The notes below the pieces were generated by a model. That model searched no databases and was not told the origin of the DNA. It saw only the letters and a program-made list of their open reading frames with translations. Positions 1-7,794 of a DNA stretch of 8,909 bases are shown here, piece by piece. The stretch's first letter is position 1. Each line of letters begins with the position of its first letter. Source of the stretch: an uncultured Gammaproteobacteria bacterium (GTDB lineage Bacteria; Patescibacteriota; Microgenomatia; Daviesbacterales; UBA10151); contig CAZFVS010000019.1 of NCBI GenBank assembly GCA_964522265.1, positions 3,736-12,644 on the forward strand, read 5' to 3'. Both the position numbers and the translations under genes were made by a program.

Positions 1-2
1 GG

Positions 3-31
3 TTGACAGACGGATCTTTTTTTGGTATCTT
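3..31 (+). promoter_or_regulatory. Candidate sigma70-type promoter upstream of rpoB: -35 TTGACA (3-8), 17-nt spacer, extended -10 TGgTATCTT (23-31)
   Basis: Read directly. There is a consensus -35 hexamer, optimal 17-nt spacing, a TGn extended -10 element and a -10 matching TATAAT at 4 of 6 positions. It sits about 90 nt upstream of the rpoB ATG. Upstream context is cut off by the window edge. Confidence 0.35.
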
Positions 32-56
32 TTAATTAAATTCAATCATTTTTAAT

Positions 57-91
57 AAGTAGGCGTACCAGAGGTGTATGCTTACTTTTTT
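57..91 (+). terminator. Candidate attenuator-like hairpin plus T-tract in the rpoB leader
   Basis: AAGTAGGCGTA (57-67) pairs with TATGCTTACTT (77-87). That gives 11 bp including two G-U pairs, with a 9-nt loop. The stem runs into a run of six T (86-91). It is AT-rich and therefore weak. Confidence 0.3.
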
Positions 92-118
92 GTGTAACTT
101 GGTGAACCACTTACTTTT

Positions 119-3100
119 ATGCAAGGGGCAGGAGAAAACACAAAAAACAGCAGGGTATATTGGAATCGGAAAAGCTCTTCAGAAGAGTTTAAAAAACTAG
201 ATTTAACCAAACTCCAAAAACAATCTTACGAACTGTTTTTAAACTCCGGAATTGGACAGCTTTTAAATGAAATTTCTCCGGTTGTAGATTTTACAGGCAA
301 AAACTGGAAACTTGAGTTTGGTGAATATTTTTTTGGCAAAACCAGATTTAATCCGGAGCAATGTATTCTGAAAGGAGTCTCTTTTGATGCCCCTCTGAGG
401 GTTAAGGTCACATTGACAAACCTGCAGACAAACGAAATCTACAAACAGGATGCATTTTTAGGTGATATTCCCCAAGTAACTGAAAAGGGCACTTTTATCA
501 TCAATGGTGTGGAAAGGGTAATTGTTAACCAGATAGTCCGCTCCCCCGGTGTTTTCTTCTCAGCAACAGAGGATCCTGTAACAGGCAGGAGGCTTTTTGG
601 CGCAGAGCTTCGTCCTTCCCATGGTTCCTGGTTGGAATTTTCGATCTCCCGCTCAGATGTTTTAACAGTAAAAATCGACCGCAGAAGAAAATTTACAGCA
701 GCCACCCTGCTGAGGGCACTTGGATACAGCGATGAGCAGATGCGGGAAGAGTTTGCTCCAGTAGACCAAAATAGCGATCACCAGTACATTGAATCGACCC
801 TGGCCAAAGATGTGACGAAAGATGGGAACGAAGCCCTGCTGGAAATTTTCCGTAAGATGAGGCCGGGAGACCCTGTAGTTTTAGATACTGCCAAGGCGCT
901 TTTAGAAAATATGTTTTTTAACCCCCGCCGTTATTACCTGACCCGGGTGGGCAGGTTTAAAATTAATAAGAGGTTAGGTCTTAATATCCCCAATACTCCG
1001 GAGAATTGGACGCTCACCAAAGAGGATATTGTTGAGACGCTGAAATATTTAATCGGGCTTGCCAACGGTAAAGGCAGGATTGATGATATAGACCATTTAG
1101 CCAACAGACGCGTACGGATGGTTGGGGAATTGGTTGCCCAGAATGCTTTTTGGATAGGATTACAGCGTCTGGAGAGGGTTATAAGAGAAAGGATGAGCCT
1201 TCTATCTGCTGACCAGGAGATTACCGCATCGGGTCTGGTTAATGCCAGACCTGTTATAGCAGCCATTAATGAATTTTTCCGCTCTTCACAGCTATCGCAG
1301 ATTTTGGATCAGATTAACCCTCTGTCCGAGGTTGATCATTTAAGGCGGCTTTCTGTGACCGGTACAGGAGGAATTTCCAGAGACCGGGCCAGCTTCTCCA
1401 TCCGGGATATTAACCACTCTCAATACGGGAGGATTGACCCGGTCCGTTCTCCAGAAGGTCAAAATATTGGGCTGGTAACATACCTGGCGCTTTTTGCCAG
1501 GATTAATGAATATGGATTTCTGGAAACACCATACAGGAAGATAGTTTTACAAAACGGAAAACCGAAAGTTACAGGCGAGATAGTGTACCTGACTGCTGAT
1601 GATGAAGAAGACCAATATATAACCGAGGCGACTATAGAAATTGACGACAAAGGTTTTATTGTGCAAAGACGGGTTCCTGTGCGTTTTGGCGGGAGTTTCT
1701 TTGAGGCAGACAGCAAGGTAGTCAACCTGATTGATGTTTCCCCGCAGCAGATCGTTGGAACTTCAGCATCACTAATTCCTTTCCTGGCTCATGATGATGC
1801 TAACAGAGCGCTGATGGGTACTCATATGCAGTGTCAAGCAGTCCCTCTGCTTCTACCCCATGCGCCGATAGTTGGGACAGGGATGGAGGGGATCATTGCT
1901 TCTAATATGGGCAGGATTGTCCGTGCTCCTTTTGAAGGGACTATAACCTATGTTGACGGAGAAAAGTTGGTATTGGAAGGAACCGCCAAGCGTGGTTCGG
2001 GGCAGAGGAGAGAAGAGATAAAGATACAAAAGTTTGTCAATTCCCCTGCCATGACCTGTTACTCCCAGCGTCCTGCAGTGCACCTTGGCCAAAAGGTACA
2101 AGAAGGAGATCTGCTTATCGATGGTGTTGCAACGGAAGGTGGAGAGTTAGCTTTGGGGCAAAATCTGCTGATTGCTTATATGAGCTATGATGGGTTGGAG
2201 TATGAAGATGCAATTATTATTTCTGACAGATTGGTTAAAGAGGACCTGCTGACAAGTATTCATATCGAAGAGTATTCTACGGATGTAGTTGAGACGAAGC
2301 TTGGGCCGGATGAGGTTACAAGTGATATCCCGAATGTTTCTGAGGAGAATTTAGCTAATCTGGATGCCGGCGGTATTGTCAGGATTGGTGCAGAGGTAGG
2401 GCCAGGGGATATTTTAGTTGGTAAAGTCCAGCCAAAGGGTGAAACAGAGCTGACAGCGGAAGAGAGGTTATTGCGGGCGATCTTCGGAGAAAAAGCTAAA
2501 GAAGTCCGGGATACATCTTTGCGGATGCCGCATGGGGAGAAAGGTACTGTGATTGGAGTTCAGATCCTTTCCCGGGAGGCAGGGGATGACTTGGGGGCAG
2601 GAATACTTCAGAAGATTAAAGTCAAGGTTGCCCAGTTTCGGAAAGTGACAGCAGGTGACAAGCTGGCAGGGCGCCATGGGAACAAAGGAGTGATCTCGAA
2701 AGTCGTACCTGAATATGATATGCCCCATCTGGAAGACGGCACGCCGGTTGATATTATTATCCGCCCGGCAGCTATCTTAAACAGGATGAATTTGGGGCAG
2801 CTTTTGGAAGCCCATTTCGGTTTTGCCGCCAAGATATTAGGCTATAAGATAGCAGCACCGGTTTTTGAAAAAATACCTGAAGATATTTTGCTAGCGGAGC
2901 TTAAAAAAGCTAAATTACCAGCCTCAGGCAAGAGCCGTTTAATCGATGGGCGCACAGGAGATTATTTCTATCAGGACGTTACAGTTGGGTATGCGTATTT
3001 CCTGAAGCTTATCCATATGGTTGAGGATAAGACTCATGCCCGTTCTACAGGACCTTATTCCCTTGTTACCCAGCAGCCTTTGGGTGGTAAAGCCCAGATG

Positions 3101-3520
3101 GGCGGGCAGAGGCTAGGGGAGATGGAGGTTTGGGCATTGGAAGCATACGGTGCTGCTAATATTCTGCAGGAGATGCTCACCATTAAATCTGATGATGTGG
3201 TTGGGCGGGCTAAAGCATTTGAGGCGATAGTTAAGGGGACAGAGATTCCCCAGGCCTTGATACCTGAGTCTTTTAAAGTCTTGGGTAAGGAGCTGCAGAG
3301 CCTGGCCATATCAGTAGAACCGCAGGGTGTGCAGATTGTCAGTATGCCGCAAGTTGCTCAAACTGAGGAGCTTAATGAAGGAGAGCCAACTGATGCGGAA
3401 AAGCGGAAAGTAGAGGAGTTTAAACTGGCTTTAGATATGGTTGATGTTGGCGACAGCAAAGAGCTGGCAAGCGATAACAGCCCGATGGAGGTTATTGACG
3501 CATCAAGTCAGCCAGAATGA
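119..3520 (+). CDS. rpoB: DNA-directed RNA polymerase subunit beta
   Basis: The 1133-aa ORF carries hallmark beta motifs: GTFIINGVERVIVNQIVRSPGVFF, the SSQLSQ..DQ.NPLSE..H.RRLS rifampicin-region equivalent, GDKLAGRHGNKGVISKV, GGQRLGEMEVWALEAYGAA and an acidic C-terminal tail. ATG 119 is the first start after an in-frame TAA at 95-97. The stop is TGA 3518-3520. Confidence 0.97.
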   Translation: MQGAGENTKNSRVYWNRKSSSEEFKKLDLTKLQKQSYELFLNSGIGQLLNEISPVVDFTGKNWKLEFGEYFFGKTRFNPEQCILKGVSFDAPLRVKVTLTNLQTNEIYKQDAFLGDIPQVTEKGTFIINGVERVIVNQIVRSPGVFFSATEDPVTGRRLFGAELRPSHGSWLEFSISRSDVLTVKIDRRRKFTAATLLRALGYSDEQMREEFAPVDQNSDHQYIESTLAKDVTKDGNEALLEIFRKMRPGDPVVLDTAKALLENMFFNPRRYYLTRVGRFKINKRLGLNIPNTPENWTLTKEDIVETLKYLIGLANGKGRIDDIDHLANRRVRMVGELVAQNAFWIGLQRLERVIRERMSLLSADQEITASGLVNARPVIAAINEFFRSSQLSQILDQINPLSEVDHLRRLSVTGTGGISRDRASFSIRDINHSQYGRIDPVRSPEGQNIGLVTYLALFARINEYGFLETPYRKIVLQNGKPKVTGEIVYLTADDEEDQYITEATIEIDDKGFIVQRRVPVRFGGSFFEADSKVVNLIDVSPQQIVGTSASLIPFLAHDDANRALMGTHMQCQAVPLLLPHAPIVGTGMEGIIASNMGRIVRAPFEGTITYVDGEKLVLEGTAKRGSGQRREEIKIQKFVNSPAMTCYSQRPAVHLGQKVQEGDLLIDGVATEGGELALGQNLLIAYMSYDGLEYEDAIIISDRLVKEDLLTSIHIEEYSTDVVETKLGPDEVTSDIPNVSEENLANLDAGGIVRIGAEVGPGDILVGKVQPKGETELTAEERLLRAIFGEKAKEVRDTSLRMPHGEKGTVIGVQILSREAGDDLGAGILQKIKVKVAQFRKVTAGDKLAGRHGNKGVISKVVPEYDMPHLEDGTPVDIIIRPAAILNRMNLGQLLEAHFGFAAKILGYKIAAPVFEKIPEDILLAELKKAKLPASGKSRLIDGRTGDYFYQDVTVGYAYFLKLIHMVEDKTHARSTGPYSLVTQQPLGGKAQMGGQRLGEMEVWALEAYGAANILQEMLTIKSDDVVGRAKAFEAIVKGTEIPQALIPESFKVLGKELQSLAISVEPQGVQIVSMPQVAQTEELNEGEPTDAEKRKVEEFKLALDMVDVGDSKELASDNSPMEVIDASSQPE

Positions 3521-3524
3521 ATTT

Positions 3525-6500
3525 ATGAATGATTTACTGGATTTTGAAAGCCTGAAAGTATCAATTGCCTCGCCTGAGATTATCAGAGGGTGGTCTTTTG
3601 GTGAGGTGACAAAACCCGAGACTATCAACTATCGTACTCTAAAAGCCGAAAAAGACGGTCTGTTTTCCGAAAACATCTTCGGTCCAACAAAAGATTTTGA
3701 ATGTTACTGCGGCAAATATAAAAGGATTCGTTACCGGGGTGTAATCTGTGACAAATGCGGGGTTGAGGTGACTCAATCAAAGGTTAGGCGTGAAAGGATG
3801 GGGCATATTCTGCTTGCCACCCCTGTTTCCCACATCTGGTTTGTTAAGGGTGCACCTTCCAAGTTGTCCCTGATTTTGGATTTGACAATGAAAAACCTGG
3901 AAGCAGTAATATATTTTGCATCGTATATGGTGATTGAGATTGATGAAAGCAACAAACATAAAGCTTTAGAGATGTTAGAAAAACAGCTTGAAGATAAAAA
4001 AGAAGCGACAACAAAGAATTTAAACCGGGCAATTGAGGAGGCAGAAAAAAACCTGGAAAAAGACCTCAAAGAATTAAAAAAGAAACTTAAGGAGCATGAA
4101 AAGTATGAGTTGGCTGCGTCAGAAGAACAGCTTGGATCCCGCCAGTTTATAGCAAGCCTTAGAGAAAACAACCAGATTGAATTAAGCCAACTGGAGGAAA
4201 TCTATAAAGTTGTTGCTGATTTAACAAAAAGCATCATCCCTTTGAGGCTGCTGTCTGAAGACGAGTACTATAAACTGCAGGAGTATGGGGTGGCTGATTT
4301 TGTTACAGTCGGGATGGGTGCAGAAGCATTATTGCAGGCCATACAAAAGATTGATCTTGATAAATTGGCAGCCGAACTTAGGGGAGAAGTCCAAAAATCT
4401 TCCGGCCAACGCCATATAAAAGCCACTAAAAGGCTTCGTTTGGTAGAAGGCATGCGTAAGTCAAAAATCAGCCCAACCTGGATGATTTTAACGGTTTTGC
4501 CTGTTTTACCACCGGATCTGCGGCCGATGGTTCAACTCCCCGGAGGCAGATTTGCGACAAGCGATCTGAATGATTTATACAGAAGGGTTATTAACAGGAA
4601 TAATAGGTTGAAAAGATTGATTGAACTGGGTGCGCCCGAGATTATTCTCAGGAACGAAAAAAGAATGCTTCAGGAAGCTGTTGATTCCCTAATTGATACT
4701 AATACCCGTACCACCAGAAGAATGGGTGGGCACCAACTGCGTTCTCTCTCTGACATGCTGCGGGGCAAACAGGGCAGATTCAGGCAGAACTTGCTTGGTA
4801 AAAGGGTTGATTATTCAGGAAGGAGTGTCATTATTGTCGGTCCCAAATTAAAACTGCACCAGGTGGGGATTCCCAAAGAAATGGCTCTGGAGGTATTCAA
4901 ACCATTTGTTCTGCGTGAGCTGATAAAGCGGGGTTTATCCTCAAATGTCAAAGGGGCTAAAAACATATTAGAATTCCGTCCGCCTGAGGTTTGGGATATT
5001 CTGGAAGAGGTTATTGCCAACCACCCAGTACTGATTAACCGGGCTCCCACACTGCATCGGCTTGGGATTCAGGCATTTTATCCGGTTTTGACTGACGGTA
5101 ATGCGATCAAGATCCATCCCTGTATCTGTGCAGGATTTAACGCTGATTTTGACGGTGACCAGATGGCTATTCATATTCCCCTATCTGAAAAAGCTAAAGC
5201 TGAAGCAAGGGAGCTGATGATGGCCAAAGAAAATATCCTTAAGCCAGGGGACAGCTCTTCTGTCAATATGCCCAACAAAGAGATGGCATTGGGTTGTTTT
5301 TACATAACTTCTATTGATCGAACCCTTAAGCCTTCAGAAAAGATTTATTCCAAGGATGAGGCGCTTCTTGCCTATCAGATAGGCAAGCTGGAACCAAGAA
5401 GAGTGATCAGGTGTTATGCAAAAGACTTTTTTAAGGAGTCAGGGCAGCCTCTTGAGACCACTGTCGGCAGGATATTATTCAACAGCTTTTTACCTCAAGA
5501 GCTGCAGTTTATCAATGAAAGTATCTCTCAATCCTGGATAGTTAAGATAGTTATGCAGGCATTTAAGATGTTTGATAAACCCCAAGTTGCCAAACTGATC
5601 GATGATATTAAAGATTTTGGTTTTTGGGGGGTGACGATCTCGGGTCTTTCTCTGGCGATTTCAGACAATAAAATTATCCCCGAAAAACCCAAACTAATTG
5701 CACAGGGGGATAAAGAAATTTTAGAGATTGAAAACAACTTAAGGAAGGGTTTTATCACCAATGAGGAGAGAAGGGCTCTAGCCCAGGAAGTTTGGACCAG
5801 GGTAGGCGAGGAGATTGTGAGAAAAACGCTTGCCTCAATTGAATCCGACAGCCCGATTCAGATTATCATGCAGTCCGGAGGGGCCAGGGCTACCACAGCC
5901 CAAATTGCCCAAACCTCCGGGATGAGGGGGTTTTCTGTTGACCCGACGGGAAAAATCGTTGAGCTTCCCACCAAGTCAAATTACCGTGAAGGGTTGGGGG
6001 TATTTGAATATTTCACTTCCTGCAGGGGTGCCAGAAAAGGTGTCGCGGACAGGGCTATCAGGACTGCTGATGCAGGATATTTGACCAGGAGATTGGTTGA
6101 TGTTTCCCATGATGCTATCATCAGGCTTGAAGATTGTGGTACTGACCAGGGGGTAGCCATAGAGGTTGCCAAAGAGAACATCGTTTCTAACAATTCAAGA
6201 TTCTTAGGCCGAAAGATCATTGGTAGGATTGTTGACCCCAAAACTAAAAAAACCATCATTTCTGCAGGCTCCTATATTGAAGAGATTGAGGTGGCAGCAC
6301 TCTTCAAGAGCAATGTCAATGAAGTAGTTGTCCGGTCCCCCCTGACCTGTCAGGCTAAAATTGGGCTTTGCTCAAACTGTTATGGTTTGGATTTATCAAA
6401 CCGAAAACCTGTTTGCTTGGGTACTCCGGTAGGAGTTGTGGCTGCTCAGGCGATCGGAGAACCCGGAACCCAGCTGACCATGAGAACTTTCCATACAGGA

Positions 6501-7223
6501 GGTGTAGTTGGGATAGATATCACCCAGGGGTTGCCCAGAGTTGAGGAATTATTTGAAGCCAGAAGCCCTAAGGTAGCCAGCCCAATTTCAGAAATTGCCG
6601 GCAAAGTGACTGTTGTTGAATCAGAAGAAGGCAAAATGGTCCGCATCAGGACAACCTCAAAACCGCACGAAGAGCGGGAGTATACTATCCCGGCAGCCGC
6701 GGAGCTTTTGGTGGAAGACGGAAATTTAGTAGCGGCAGGGAGCCCTCTTGCATCCGGACATCTGGATATAAATGAGGTGTTGAGGGTAAAGGGTTTGAGA
6801 GAAGCACAAAGATATATTGTTGATCAGGCAAGAGAAGTTTATGAATCCCAAGGGGTGCATATTAACGAGAAGCATTTTGAGGTGATTGTACGCAAGATGT
6901 CTGACAAGGTGCGCATTGAATCACAGGGGGATACAATCTTACTGCCTGGTGAAGTTGTTGATAAAAACCGGTTTGAAAAAGAAAATATCAGGGTTTTAGC
7001 TGAGGGCGGGGAGCCTGCTACAGCCGGTGTGATTATTTTGGGTATTACCAGGTCCAGCCTGCAGACCGAGAGCTTTTTGTCTGCTGCCAGCTTCCAGGAG
7101 ACCACTACAGTTTTGGCTGATGCTGCGGCTTCCGGTAAGGTGGACAATTTGCTTGGGTTAAAAGAAAATGTTATCATAGGCAGATTGATACCGACTTCAC
7201 CCGAACGGGCGAAGATGGAGTAA
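3525..7223 (+). CDS. rpoC: DNA-directed RNA polymerase subunit beta-prime (1232 aa from ATG 3525)
   Basis: Motifs present: the N-terminal Zn site CYCGKYKRIRYRGVICDKCGVEV, catalytic NADFDGDQMAIH, the bridge helix GARKGVADRAIRTADAGYLTRRLVDV, the second Zn site (C...CQAKIGLCSNC) and an uninterrupted trigger loop IGEPGTQLTMRTFHTGGV. Starting at MNDLLDFESLKVSIASPEIIRGWSFGEV matches the N-termini of Gram-positive beta-prime proteins. The 28 codons from TTG 3441 overlap rpoB and have no homologous counterpart. Confidence 0.95.
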   Translation: MNDLLDFESLKVSIASPEIIRGWSFGEVTKPETINYRTLKAEKDGLFSENIFGPTKDFECYCGKYKRIRYRGVICDKCGVEVTQSKVRRERMGHILLATPVSHIWFVKGAPSKLSLILDLTMKNLEAVIYFASYMVIEIDESNKHKALEMLEKQLEDKKEATTKNLNRAIEEAEKNLEKDLKELKKKLKEHEKYELAASEEQLGSRQFIASLRENNQIELSQLEEIYKVVADLTKSIIPLRLLSEDEYYKLQEYGVADFVTVGMGAEALLQAIQKIDLDKLAAELRGEVQKSSGQRHIKATKRLRLVEGMRKSKISPTWMILTVLPVLPPDLRPMVQLPGGRFATSDLNDLYRRVINRNNRLKRLIELGAPEIILRNEKRMLQEAVDSLIDTNTRTTRRMGGHQLRSLSDMLRGKQGRFRQNLLGKRVDYSGRSVIIVGPKLKLHQVGIPKEMALEVFKPFVLRELIKRGLSSNVKGAKNILEFRPPEVWDILEEVIANHPVLINRAPTLHRLGIQAFYPVLTDGNAIKIHPCICAGFNADFDGDQMAIHIPLSEKAKAEARELMMAKENILKPGDSSSVNMPNKEMALGCFYITSIDRTLKPSEKIYSKDEALLAYQIGKLEPRRVIRCYAKDFFKESGQPLETTVGRILFNSFLPQELQFINESISQSWIVKIVMQAFKMFDKPQVAKLIDDIKDFGFWGVTISGLSLAISDNKIIPEKPKLIAQGDKEILEIENNLRKGFITNEERRALAQEVWTRVGEEIVRKTLASIESDSPIQIIMQSGGARATTAQIAQTSGMRGFSVDPTGKIVELPTKSNYREGLGVFEYFTSCRGARKGVADRAIRTADAGYLTRRLVDVSHDAIIRLEDCGTDQGVAIEVAKENIVSNNSRFLGRKIIGRIVDPKTKKTIISAGSYIEEIEVAALFKSNVNEVVVRSPLTCQAKIGLCSNCYGLDLSNRKPVCLGTPVGVVAAQAIGEPGTQLTMRTFHTGGVVGIDITQGLPRVEELFEARSPKVASPISEIAGKVTVVESEEGKMVRIRTTSKPHEEREYTIPAAAELLVEDGNLVAAGSPLASGHLDINEVLRVKGLREAQRYIVDQAREVYESQGVHINEKHFEVIVRKMSDKVRIESQGDTILLPGEVVDKNRFEKENIRVLAEGGEPATAGVIILGITRSSLQTESFLSAASFQETTTVLADAAASGKVDNLLGLKENVIIGRLIPTSPERAKME

Positions 7224-7226
7224 AAT

Positions 7227-7700
7227 ATGCCGACGATCAACCAATTGGTCAGAAAAGGACGGAAAAGTAAGGTTGCTAAAGTAAAAGCAACCGCTTTGAG
7301 GCGTTCTTATAATGCAAAAGATAGAAGATATAAGACTTCGCCAAATCCGCAAAAACGCGGGGTGGTGACTTTAGTGCGTACGATGACCCCGAAAAAACCA
7401 AACTCAGCACTTCGTAAAGTTGCCAGGGTGAGGCTTTCAAACAGGACTGAAGTAACTGCTTATATCCAGGGAATTGGGCATGATTTGGCCGAGCACGGGA
7501 TTGTTCTGGTGCGTGGAGGCAGGGTTAAAGACCTGCCAGGCGTGAAATATCATCTGGTAAGAGGAAAACTTGATCTGATGGGCGTTTCGGGCAGAAAAAC
7601 ATCAAGAAGCAAATATGGTTCTAAGAAGGGTGGAGGTGGAGCAGCTGCACCTAGAGTTGTTGCACCTACGCCAGCACCTGCAGCCGGAGGAGTAGTATAA
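7227..7700 (+). CDS. rpsL: 30S ribosomal protein S12, with an atypical roughly 20-aa Gly/Ala/Pro C-terminal tail
   Basis: [62 protein letters not shown] is canonical S12. GGAG at 7217-7220 lies 6 nt upstream of the ATG. The start is only 3 nt after the rpoC TAA. Confidence 0.95.
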   Translation: MPTINQLVRKGRKSKVAKVKATALRRSYNAKDRRYKTSPNPQKRGVVTLVRTMTPKKPNSALRKVARVRLSNRTEVTAYIQGIGHDLAEHGIVLVRGGRVKDLPGVKYHLVRGKLDLMGVSGRKTSRSKYGSKKGGGGAAAPRVVAPTPAPAAGGVV

Positions 7701-7706
7701 GGACCA

Positions 7707-7749
7707 TGATATTTTCGCAGCTTGGAAAAATTATACTGCTCAAATATCA
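7707..7749 (+). promoter_or_regulatory. Imperfect inverted repeat / RNA hairpin in the rpsL-rpsG intercistronic spacer (possible translational operator)
   Basis: TGATATTT (7707-7714) pairs with AAATATCA (7742-7749). After a 2x2 internal loop, GCAG (7717-7720) pairs with CTGC (7736-7739). That is 12 bp in total with a 15-nt apical loop. The function is inferred only. Confidence 0.3.
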
Positions 7750-7785
7750 GAACCTTGCCTTTTTAAATACATATGATAATAGCAA

Positions 7786-7794
7786 AAGGGAGGA
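7786..7794 (+). promoter_or_regulatory. Shine-Dalgarno sequence for rpsG (AAGGGAGGA)
   Basis: The GGAGG core at 7789-7793 lies 10 nt upstream of GTG 7804. This is the strongest ribosome-binding site in the window. Confidence 0.7.

Noticed and set aside
78-200. A 40-codon ORF (MLTFLCNLVNHLLLCKGQEK...) starts in the leader hairpin and overlaps the rpoB start out of frame.
   Set aside because: The GAGG at 71-74 is only 3 nt from the ATG, which is too close. The ORF overlaps the conserved rpoB N-terminus in another frame, and nothing is recognisable in the peptide.
226-3309. Nine minus-strand ORFs of 61-110 aa lie inside rpoB.
   Set aside because: All are fully embedded antisense to a strongly supported essential gene. 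They have low-complexity or Ser/Leu/Pro-rich translations and no recognisable motifs, as expected for shadow ORFs.
3441-3524. The track ORF for rpoC starts at TTG 3441 and overlaps the last 80 nt of rpoB.
   Set aside because: The 28 extra residues (MMLATAKSWQAITARWRLLTHQVSQNEF) have no counterpart in beta-prime N-termini. ATG 3525 gives MNDLLDFESLKVSIASPEIIRGWSFGEV, which aligns with Gram-positive and actinobacterial RpoC starts. The extension is an artefact of longest-ORF calling.
3773-4171. Minus-strand ORFs of 132, 60 and 62 aa (3773-4171, 3777-3959, 3844-4032) lie antisense to rpoC.
   Set aside because: They lie opposite the purine-rich Lys/Glu coiled-coil insert. The antisense of AAR/GAR codons is stop-poor and yields low-complexity Phe/Ser/Leu strings. 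No RBS or recognisable domain is visible, so these are shadow ORFs.
4268-7240. Minus-strand ORFs lie inside rpoC, including the 133-aa ORF at 6839-7240.
   Set aside because: These are antisense to conserved beta-prime coding sequence with no motifs. The 6839-7240 ORF would also run across the rpoC/rpsL junction. I treat them as shadow ORFs.
7722-7750. A promoter-like TTGGAA-N17-TATCAG lies in the rpsL-rpsG spacer.
   Set aside because: The -10 lacks the critical final T and matches poorly. AT-rich spacers produce such matches by chance. The same bases are better explained as part of the hairpin.
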